From Opitutales bacterium (GTDB lineage Bacteria > Verrucomicrobiota > Verrucomicrobiia > Opitutales > JABSRG01), in assembly GCA_049599475.1 (NCBI GenBank), contig JBMYOQ010000094.1, positions 1 through 14,418 on the forward strand: a stretch of DNA of 14,418 bases, in the 5' to 3' direction. Below the pieces are notes generated by a model. That model ran no database searches. It was not told the DNA's origin and saw only the letters and a list, made by a program, of their open reading frames with translations. Shown here in pieces: positions 7,445-14,418 of this stretch (position 1 is the stretch's first letter; every line of letters begins with the position of its first letter). The position numbers and the translations under genes were made by a program.

Positions 7445-8767
7445 ATGGCCAATAGAAGACGAAAGAAGAACAAGCAAATGATGGCTGCTCTGACCATCGG
7501 AGCTGCTCTGAATGTCCTCATCCTCATCGTATTGGGAGGCATCACGGTATATAAATTTGTCGCCCCTAAAGAAGTCGAGCTGAAGGCACCTCCGGCACTC
7601 AAGCCCTTGGAGCCCGCTGTTGTAAAATACAACCAAAAGAAAACCAAGGATCGCCAACAAAATTCTCCTCGACCGCCTCAGCGACAAATCAAGGCGCGCT
7701 CAGTAAGCAGCATTATGACTCCCAACATTGACATTCAGGTCAGTGACGTGAGCCCCAATGTGAATGTAGCGTCTACCAATGTATCCAGTATCGGGAGCGG
7801 CATGGGACTAAGCTCAGGTGGCCTTCGCATGGGAGTGAGTGCGGTAAACTTTTTCGGTATTGAATCCAGAGGAGAACGTATTGTCATTATCATGGATGTC
7901 GCGGGCTCTATGCTCCATGAAAACCGTGGAGACATCCCTGGCTTCCAAAGAGTAAAGGAACAAGTGATCGATGTCATCGACGGTTTAAATTCCGCGACCC
8001 TTTTTAATTTGGTCATCTTCGCCAACGGGGTTGATGTGATGAGTAGCAATCTCGTCCTCGCCAATCGCGAGAATAAACAACGGGCTGCTCAATTCATCGA
8101 TCCCTATTGGAAGGCCAGAGGTGGGCGCATCACGACAGACGCCCGCCGAAGCCCCTATCTCAAGAATTACACGCCCAACCTAGGCAGCGAATTTCAAGCT
8201 CTGGGTGGGGGCTCCCGCATGGACGCCGCTTTGGCCGCTACATTCGAGATGAATGCTGATGCTATCTTCATGATCACGGATGGTACCCCGCACGTAAAAC
8301 GCGCCCTCACTACGCGCGAACAATCTCAGTATGAGAAATCGCTCGCTGCATGGGAAAAAAGAAAAGAAAACACATCTCCCAAAGAAATAAAAGAATGGCA
8401 GGATAATCGAAAACAAGTTGCGGCGAAAAACAAAAAGATTCGCGAAAACGATAAGAAGAAGCGCGATGCTCAGGGATTAGATGCTAGGATAGGTAAAGTA
8501 AAAGGCCTTGCCTCTGCCCGCCCTCCATGGGGCAATAAGCCCAGTTCGACAAAAACAATCGGCCCAGGGAGAGACTTTATCAATTGGATGAGAGATCTAG
8601 CGGAGACCAATTACGGCAATCGCAGCAAATGGCCACCCGTGAATATCATAGGTTATTCAATACCTGAAGACAGCCAAATTGCATCATTCCTCAACGACTT
8701 AAGGCGTGCTTTCCCAGGAGGGAAATACAAGACATTCGGCGACTACAGAACCGACGATAACGCATAA
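7445..8767 (+). CDS. Membrane-anchored von Willebrand factor type A (vWA)-like domain protein
   Basis: Basic N-terminus (RRRKKNK), a single TM helix and a Pro/Lys/Gln-rich linker. Then VNFFGI-RIVIIMDVAGSM (MIDAS-like), FNLVIFA, AIFMITDG and VNIIGY. Confidence 0.75.
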   Translation: MANRRRKKNKQMMAALTIGAALNVLILIVLGGITVYKFVAPKEVELKAPPALKPLEPAVVKYNQKKTKDRQQNSPRPPQRQIKARSVSSIMTPNIDIQVSDVSPNVNVASTNVSSIGSGMGLSSGGLRMGVSAVNFFGIESRGERIVIIMDVAGSMLHENRGDIPGFQRVKEQVIDVIDGLNSATLFNLVIFANGVDVMSSNLVLANRENKQRAAQFIDPYWKARGGRITTDARRSPYLKNYTPNLGSEFQALGGGSRMDAALAATFEMNADAIFMITDGTPHVKRALTTREQSQYEKSLAAWEKRKENTSPKEIKEWQDNRKQVAAKNKKIRENDKKKRDAQGLDARIGKVKGLASARPPWGNKPSSTKTIGPGRDFINWMRDLAETNYGNRSKWPPVNIIGYSIPEDSQIASFLNDLRRAFPGGKYKTFGDYRTDDNA

Positions 8768-8904
8768 TTCAGGATACACGTAGCATCCAAATATTTGCTA
8801 CAATTCTATAATCCCCGGGCCAAAATCTACGATGTATCACGTCGCCCGAATTAGAGAGCTTAGAACAAAACACCTGTAATCTTCGCAAGAATGTGAAGAT
8901 ACAA

Positions 8905-10086
8905 TCAAAGAATCCGAGCGCCGTCTCCAGATAATACTGGATACGCTTCAGGAAGTTCCCCGAATTTCTCTCCATAGGCGGCAATCACGGTCTCAGCTTG
9001 ATCTCGGATAAATGCGCCACTCGTCCAGGCAAACACCACTCCACCAAAACCACCACCACTCAGGCGTGCACCATAGACTTCAGGTTGATTCTTTAATTGC
9101 TCCACTAAAAAATCCAGCTCGGGAGTGCTGTTCTCAAACAGATCACGAGAACTCTCATGTGAAGCAAACAATAGCTGCCCGAGCGGTTCGGCCTTACCTG
9201 ATGCCAAGAGAGACAAGGCCTGTTTGACACGCTCGTTTTCGCGCGTCACGTGGAGCGCTCGTTTAAATTGCACCCCGGTAAGGTCAGCCTCACACGGCTC
9301 GACTTGACCTGATGTCAATTCACACAGTACCTTCGTGCCAGAATAGGTCTTCTCCAGAACTGCCACCGCTTGCATGCATTCGTCATTCCTTTCCGAATAC
9401 TTAGAATCCACATTGTGATGTTTTATCTTGGTATCAAACACCCAGAACTGCGTTAAATCTGGTAGTCGGTGCTCAGACACTACATTCTGAGCCGTATCCA
9501 TGAATACGAGATGGTTCTGCTTTCCGTAAGCAGACACACCTTGATCCAAAATACCACACGGCACCCCGACATAGGTATTTTCCGCCTGCCGTGCGATCTT
9601 TGCGATCTCCTCAGGCTCGTCGATATCCATATCGTACAGTATCGATATTGCCCTTACAGTCGCCAGTTCAATGGCCGCACTGCTACTGAGCCCAGCACCC
9701 GAAGGAAGATCACTCCAAAAACCGATATCGAAGCCTCGCTTTATGGTGATGCCTCGATCGAGAATCGCCCGCAATACACCGATCGGATAGTTGGCCCATG
9801 CCGCGGATCCATCAGGGACGAATGACTGAAGTTCTTCGAAGCCCAATTCAATGATACCCGCACCTGAACCCTCGGTGTTGGACACCAAGCGAATGCGCTT
9901 ATCTTCACGTTCCGAAATGCCCGCGTAGACTCCGAGATTCAAAGCAACGCCTAAAACACAGCCGCCATTATAATCCGTGTGATTCCCGAGGAATTCCAGC
10001 CGCCCGGGCGCCATAGTCACATAGGCAGGCTCTGCACCATAGGCTTCGAGGTATGTATCGACAACGGCGTTCAGCTGTGGGGTCAT
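8905..10086 (-). CDS. galK: Galactokinase (GHMP kinase family)
   Basis: APGRLEFLGNHTDYNGG, LPSGAGLSSSAA, CGILDQ, SHESSRDLFENSTPELD and GARLSGGGFGG. A GAGGTG SD-like sequence lies upstream on the minus strand. Confidence 0.9.
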   Translation of the reverse strand: MTPQLNAVVDTYLEAYGAEPAYVTMAPGRLEFLGNHTDYNGGCVLGVALNLGVYAGISEREDKRIRLVSNTEGSGAGIIELGFEELQSFVPDGSAAWANYPIGVLRAILDRGITIKRGFDIGFWSDLPSGAGLSSSAAIELATVRAISILYDMDIDEPEEIAKIARQAENTYVGVPCGILDQGVSAYGKQNHLVFMDTAQNVVSEHRLPDLTQFWVFDTKIKHHNVDSKYSERNDECMQAVAVLEKTYSGTKVLCELTSGQVEPCEADLTGVQFKRALHVTRENERVKQALSLLASGKAEPLGQLLFASHESSRDLFENSTPELDFLVEQLKNQPEVYGARLSGGGFGGVVFAWTSGAFIRDQAETVIAAYGEKFGELPEAYPVLSGDGARIL

Positions 10087-10153
10087 GAGAGATCAAAACA
10101 CCTCGGGTGCCCCCGCAAAGCAACTGAAAAATGCCTGTATACGCTATCCAGCG

Positions 10154-11371
10154 CTAGCGCCCCACAAAGACGAAATCTGGCTGCGTGACATTGGGCAATC
10201 GGCTCGAGTGTAAACTCGCGATTCGACCTGTCTGTGTATCTAGGAGTTTCAGCTGCTTGGTGCCACGATACCGATAGGTGAATGCGATGTGACGGCCGTC
10301 GCTCAGCCACGCAGGCTCGACACAAGAGCCAGGCTCGTTTGTCAACTTTACCGCACGTCCATCCTTAAACGAATAGAGCGCCAGTTGAAACTCTCCGCCT
10401 GAGCGCATCGTAAACCCGATCAGATCTGGATTTACCGGATTCCATACCGGCTCGGCATTGTAGCCCCCCATCCCTGTTCTCAAGCGCTTGTTCTGCTTTT
10501 TGGCCGGATCAAGGAGTATCAATTGCGGACCTCCCCAATCGTCGGACATAAATACAATCATCTTGGAATCCGGCGACCACGTGGGAGAGGAAACAATTCC
10601 CTTAGTCCATGTCTGCCGCCGAGCTCCCGAGCCGTTTGTCCGCGAGATATACAATTCCGCACTCCCCGAGCTATTCGAGACAAAGGAAATCGATCGCCCA
10701 TCTGGGCTAAAGCGGCCACCCAAGTTAGATCCGCGATAATTCGCAACCGTCGTGCGCGTATTTTTTTTCAGGTCCTGAACAACGATGTCCGGGTAGCCCG
10801 TCAGGGCGTATGTCGTATAAATAATCTTCTCGCCATCGGGACTCCAGCGCGGGCTCACCACATTGTTTTTATAATTGGTAACCGCTCGGACCTCCTGAAA
10901 CAGAATGTCCGATACGTAGACCTCGCGATTCCCCGTAGTTTCCGCGACAAACGTAAGTTTTCCCCGGAAAAAGCCCGGAGTTCCTGTCAGATCTCTCACA
11001 ATCGCATCCAAAGCGGCGCGCAATGCTTCGTTACTGTCTCCGCCTGATGCGCTTCCCCTGCTTTCCACAGTTTTGCCATCACTGGATACGACTGTGTACT
11101 GCGCCTGATTGCCTGCCGCCGAAAGACGCACGATCCAGTCCGCAGATCTCGGAGTCGCTACATCAAAGGCCCCATGCAGCTGGAAAGCCTGCTGCGCCAA
11201 TTTCTGCTGAAGGCTATTGGTCGACTCAACAGCGATACGGATCGGCTTGCGCCCGGTCCGCGTGATGGCCTCTAGATTCTGAGTCTGCGCGTGCACGAAC
11301 ACTGGCATTGCGAGGACAACACCCAAGAGGAGACATGAAGAAAAAAAGACTTTTCGGAAAGAATCAGACAT
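10154..11371 (-). CDS. tolB: TolB-family periplasmic beta-propeller protein (PD40 repeats)
   Basis: Signal peptide ending in VHA. DAIVRDLTGTPGFFRGKLTFV junction motif. Repeats SPRWSPDG, GRFSPDG, SPTWSPDS, EPVWNP and EPAWLSDG. Confidence 0.85.
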   Translation of the reverse strand: MSDSFRKVFFSSCLLLGVVLAMPVFVHAQTQNLEAITRTGRKPIRIAVESTNSLQQKLAQQAFQLHGAFDVATPRSADWIVRLSAAGNQAQYTVVSSDGKTVESRGSASGGDSNEALRAALDAIVRDLTGTPGFFRGKLTFVAETTGNREVYVSDILFQEVRAVTNYKNNVVSPRWSPDGEKIIYTTYALTGYPDIVVQDLKKNTRTTVANYRGSNLGGRFSPDGRSISFVSNSSGSAELYISRTNGSGARRQTWTKGIVSSPTWSPDSKMIVFMSDDWGGPQLILLDPAKKQNKRLRTGMGGYNAEPVWNPVNPDLIGFTMRSGGEFQLALYSFKDGRAVKLTNEPGSCVEPAWLSDGRHIAFTYRYRGTKQLKLLDTQTGRIASLHSSRLPNVTQPDFVFVGR

Positions 11372-11567
11372 CTGCTTATACCCTAATTACAAAGCTCACC
11401 TAGCAAAGAACAAATCAATGTTGAATTTAGTTACGACAAATTATTCAACCCTTAGCCTATTACGGTTAGGTTTTTGATATAACGTTTTCAGCACGGTTAC
11501 TGGGCCGAATTCGCTTGAGCGGCTGTTGCCATTCTGTCATCAAGACGTTTCAAAGCTGCACATTACT

Positions 11568-12641
11568 TTGAATAAAACTGCTCTAGATTCGATTCTGAAA
11601 ACGGTAAAATACCCTGGATTCAGCCGGGATATTGTGTCGTTTGGATTGGTAAAAGGTCATTCGCTGAAGGATGGTCATGCCACCGTGGACCTGCAATTGA
11701 CTTCGAAAGATCCCGAAATCGCGAAGAAAATTAAGGCATCCATCGAGGCCGCGTGCGCTCTGTCGCCAGAGGTCGACAGCGTTACGGTGAACAGCCAGGT
11801 AAGCGCACCTCCCAGCCCAGGAGAACAAGGTGCACAGCCCTCGCGGATCGAAGGGGTCCGTCACGTAATCGCTATCGCTAGCGGCAAAGGCGGCGTAGGC
11901 AAAAGCACTGTGACGACGAATATCGCATGTGCTACAGAGCAACTTTTGGCGGAACAGGGAATGCCCGGGCGTGTGGGAATCATGGATTGCGATATCTATG
12001 GTCCATCCATTCCCATGATGTTGGGAATCGGCACAGAGCCCGAAATCGAGGATAATGCCCTCATTCCGCCGGAAAATTACGATGTCCGCTGCATGAGTAT
12101 GGGCTATTTCCTAGGCCCGAATGCGCCCGTCGTTTGGCGTGGCCCACGTATTCACCAGACGATTCAACAGTTTATCACCAACGTAGCCTGGGGAGACCTC
12201 GAAGTACTTTTCGTCGACCTGCCTCCTGGAACCGGAGATGCCCATTTATCTCTGTGCCAAAGCCTGGCACTCGATGGAGTTGTCGTAGTTACAACCCCTC
12301 AAGCAGCGGCGGTAAATGTCGCTATAAGAGGAGCTATGATGTTTCCAGAAATGAATGTTCCCTTCGCCGGTGTAGCCGAAAATATGAGCTACCTCGAAGA
12401 TCCAGTCACTTCGAAGAAACAATACATTTTCGGCCAAGGCGGTGGCGCTCACACAGCGATGAATTTAGACTGCGATTTTCTAGGCCAAATTCCTCTCGAC
12501 GGCAACGTCCGCGCAGGCGGCGATAGCGGTATTCCCATCGTCATCTCAGAACCCGACACCACAACAGCCTTCGCTTTCCGAAGTATCGCCAGCCAAGTGC
12601 TCGGCTTTCTACAACGCTCCGAAACAACGAGTTCGCGTTGA
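11568..12641 (+). CDS. mrp: Mrp/NBP35 (ApbC) family P-loop ATPase, Fe-S cluster carrier-like
   Basis: N-terminal DUF59-like domain (LKTVKYPGFSRDIVSFGLV). Deviant Walker A SGKGGVGKST, DCDIYGPSIP, VVWRGP, DLPPGTGD, VTTPQ and ENMS. TTG 11568 is preferred as the start; the ORF is open from 11526. Confidence 0.92.
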   Translation: MNKTALDSILKTVKYPGFSRDIVSFGLVKGHSLKDGHATVDLQLTSKDPEIAKKIKASIEAACALSPEVDSVTVNSQVSAPPSPGEQGAQPSRIEGVRHVIAIASGKGGVGKSTVTTNIACATEQLLAEQGMPGRVGIMDCDIYGPSIPMMLGIGTEPEIEDNALIPPENYDVRCMSMGYFLGPNAPVVWRGPRIHQTIQQFITNVAWGDLEVLFVDLPPGTGDAHLSLCQSLALDGVVVVTTPQAAAVNVAIRGAMMFPEMNVPFAGVAENMSYLEDPVTSKKQYIFGQGGGAHTAMNLDCDFLGQIPLDGNVRAGGDSGIPIVISEPDTTTAFAFRSIASQVLGFLQRSETTSSR

Positions 12642-12706
12642 ACCAACAGTTTCACCTCACCACTGAAATCCCGACCCAAAACCACGTGGTAATCCCTCCT
12701 CTCAAC

Positions 12707-12913
12707 ATGAAGAAAGAACGGCAGACCGAAGCTGATAATAGCTTCGCCACCAAATCGAGTCTGTATCAAGAATTCCTCGCCGAACGAGAAGAAATTCTCC
12801 GGCATAAATGGCTGGAATCCGAGAAGAAAGGAACGGACATCGGTTTCGAAAAAGCACTTCTCGATTGGATCCGCCACCACCGCGACGACTGGAGGAAGGG
12901 TCGAAAAGACTAG
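12707..12913 (+). CDS. Small conserved protein, DUF4032-like
   Basis: SSLYQEFLAEREEILRHKWLESEKKGTDIGFEKALLDW matches the I..HKW..SE..G.D.G...A..DW pattern recalled for DUF4032. ATG 12707 is preferred over TTG 12638. Confidence 0.75.
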   Translation: MKKERQTEADNSFATKSSLYQEFLAEREEILRHKWLESEKKGTDIGFEKALLDWIRHHRDDWRKGRKD

Positions 12914-12968
12914 GGTACGACGCCCCTTACTGATAATAAATTATTGTTAAAGTTTTTAAACTCAGAGA

Positions 12969-13541
12969 TCAGAATTCACCGATAGCACTCTGATAACAGA
13001 AATGAAAAAGGATCTTCCATTCCAGATCCTGCACTTGCTCGCAAAACGCAGCTAAATCTCCTCCCTCAGAGACCGCGCGTTCGCACAATTTCACAAAAAA
13101 CATAGCATCCCACACTCGGATATTCGCGTGTATTTCGTCTGTCTCCAACGCTCCCATTTGGGCGAGAATCGCACCCGCGCCCTGAGCTAGATAATTATAA
13201 ATCGGATGATTCCCAGCCTGATGCATCCAGTAGCGTGCATTGGGATAATCTCCCTCACGTCGGTGCAAAATACCGTGCCACAGACAACCTGTCGCTGAAT
13301 CCACACGATTGATGACATCGTGGGCTGAGTCCAGGGCATCAAATCGCAACCAAAGCCCAGCCAGTGCCGCATCAGCCATCGTAGAATCCTCGATCGCTAA
13401 ACCGTCAAATAAGTCACCCGAACTCACGCTCGTGAGCGCGGCAACCCCTTCGGTCGCGGGAGCCCCCGCCTTCAAAGGCATTTGTGCAGGAAGATTCAAC
13501 AGATCAGAAATAAGAGGCGTATACGCGTATTCTTCAGACAT
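12969..13541 (-). CDS. Conserved hypothetical helical protein (HRREGDxxNAxYW motif)
   Basis: 190-aa ORF containing LWL..D.LD.AH...Q/N...G..WHGILHRREGDYPNARYW, a motif I recognise from uncharacterised bacterial proteins. Confidence 0.75.
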   Translation of the reverse strand: MSEEYAYTPLISDLLNLPAQMPLKAGAPATEGVAALTSVSSGDLFDGLAIEDSTMADAALAGLWLRFDALDSAHDVINRVDSATGCLWHGILHRREGDYPNARYWMHQAGNHPIYNYLAQGAGAILAQMGALETDEIHANIRVWDAMFFVKLCERAVSEGGDLAAFCEQVQDLEWKILFHFCYQSAIGEF

Positions 13542-13634
13542 ACTGTAAGCCTTAATGCTGCATTCGAGGATTCCTATAAAGCAGAATCGCCCAAAAAAAC
13601 ACGCACAACTCGGAGTCGCAGAATCAACGCACCT

Positions 13635-14084
13635 CTAGCGTAACTCGATGATTTGAACCGCGCGCTCTCCCACCCGCTCGGGCACCGAGAACGCCGCCTC
13701 ATCGAACTTCGGCATGCTAAAAACTCTGCGCGCATTGTTAGAAAATGCATATGGCTCCGTGGGGTTCCCAAAGATACCTTTGTCCAGCTTTCCATCGTTA
13801 TCCACGTCATGAAACACGCAGAGCGCGTAGACACCTCCCGGCTTCAAAGCATCAATGATGAGCTTCTTTTCCGTCTTCACGACAGGAATGATCTTCGAAA
13901 TATCTGGAGCTCCCTCGACAAAAGCCTCGGGAGATTCCATCAACGCGACCCAAAGCGAACCCTTTGTCTTCTCAATGCCCCGAACCTGCACTTCGACCAT
14001 CAGAGCATGCGCCACCGAGCTCCCGAGAACCGAGAGAGCAAGTAAACACGCTTGAAAAAGCCGAAAGGACGAAAAAGAATTCAC
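13635..14084 (-). CDS. DUF2141 family secreted protein
   Basis: Signal peptide ending in AHA. KGSLWVAL and YALCVFHDVDNDGKLDKGIFGNPTEPYAFSNN...PKFDEAAF. Confidence 0.88.
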   Translation of the reverse strand: MNSFSSFRLFQACLLALSVLGSSVAHALMVEVQVRGIEKTKGSLWVALMESPEAFVEGAPDISKIIPVVKTEKKLIIDALKPGGVYALCVFHDVDNDGKLDKGIFGNPTEPYAFSNNARRVFSMPKFDEAAFSVPERVGERAVQIIELR

Positions 14085-14103
14085 ACTTTAAACTGCACCA
14101 ATC

Positions 14104-14397
14104 GTGGAAAATATCAAATCTGAGAACGAGAAAGGCCCGCGCATCGATAAGTGGCTTTGGGCAACCCGCATCTTCAAAACTCGTACAGTCGCGGCCGAAG
14201 CATGCCGTGGGGGACACGTCAAAATCCAAGGCCAACGCGTAAAACCCTCCTACCTCGTGCAGATCGGAGATAAACTCGAAGTAGAGCGCGCCCATCGCCG
14301 CTTGGACATCGAAGTGAAAGCCTTCCTAGACAAGCGTGTGGCGGCAAAACTCGTCGAAGCATACCTGATACCGATTCTAAAAATTAAAGAGCCTTAA
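14104..14397 (+). CDS. hslR: Ribosome-associated heat shock protein Hsp15 (S4 RNA-binding domain), 3'-truncated by the terminal repeat
   Basis: RIDKWLWATRIFKTRTVAAEACRGGHVKIQGQRVKPS...GD is the Hsp15 S4 signature. The last residues (IPILKIKEP*) are read from the repeat that begins at 14368. Confidence 0.88.
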   Translation: MENIKSENEKGPRIDKWLWATRIFKTRTVAAEACRGGHVKIQGQRVKPSYLVQIGDKLEVERAHRRLDIEVKAFLDKRVAAKLVEAYLIPILKIKEP

Positions 14398-14418
14398 GGT
14401 TGTCTAAGAAGCGTTTAC
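14368..14418. repeat. Right copy of 51-bp perfect terminal inverted repeat (probable mobile-element end)
   Basis: ATACCGATTCTAAAAATTAAAGAGCCTTAAGGTTGTCTAAGAAGCGTTTAC matches the reverse complement of 2-52 at 51/51 positions. It supplies the last codons and the stop of the hslR ORF. Confidence 0.97.

Noticed and set aside
7105..7455. 116-aa ORF across the hisA-vWA divergent intergenic region
   Set aside because: It overlaps both neighbours, has no recognisable motif and reads through the tandem repeat. More likely promoter DNA.
8768..8904. Structured ncRNA or strong terminator between the vWA gene and galK (small stems at 8780-8801 and 8879-8900), and the 71-aa ORF 8769-8984
   Set aside because: The stems are short or imperfect and lack a U-tract, no RNA family is recognised, and the ORF overlaps galK with no motif.
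10094..10103. Third occurrence of CAAAACACCT near the galK start
   Set aside because: On the minus strand it overlaps the GAGGTG SD-like sequence of galK, which explains it without invoking a repeat family.
833..14295. Numerous antisense or alternate-frame ORFs in the ORF track (e.g. 833-1414, 3019-3378, 10523-11047, 12449-12880, 13653-14045, 13972-14295)
   Set aside because: They lie within or opposite well-supported genes and show no domain signatures, so they are treated as shadow ORFs.
1..14418. Autonomous linear plasmid, phage or complete transposon defined by terminal inverted repeats
   Set aside because: No replication, terminal-protein, capsid, transposase or integrase gene is present. 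The cargo is chromosomal and the genes at both ends are cut.

Overview
A 14.4-kb bacterial chromosomal segment. The gene set and style suggest Verrucomicrobiota/PVC, possibly Opitutae (inference only). Order: a chemotaxis/signalling cluster (cheR, cheB, PAS histidine kinase with a degenerate receiver, REC-HD-GYP regulator with a degenerate active site), a LamG-like secreted protein, a eukaryotic-type hisA, a membrane-anchored vWA protein, galK, tolB, Mrp/ApbC, a DUF4032-like small protein, a conserved hypothetical protein, a DUF2141 protein and hslR. The most striking feature is that the two window ends form a perfect 51-bp inverted repeat (2-52 and 14368-14418). Each copy sits inside a gene: it removes the start of cheR on the left and replaces the C-terminus of HslR on the right. 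No transposase or integrase is in the window. The simplest reading is two insertions of one multicopy mobile element (both junctions fit a TA target) with the contig broken at them. An element-bounded mobilisable segment or a library/assembly artefact cannot be excluded from the sequence alone.
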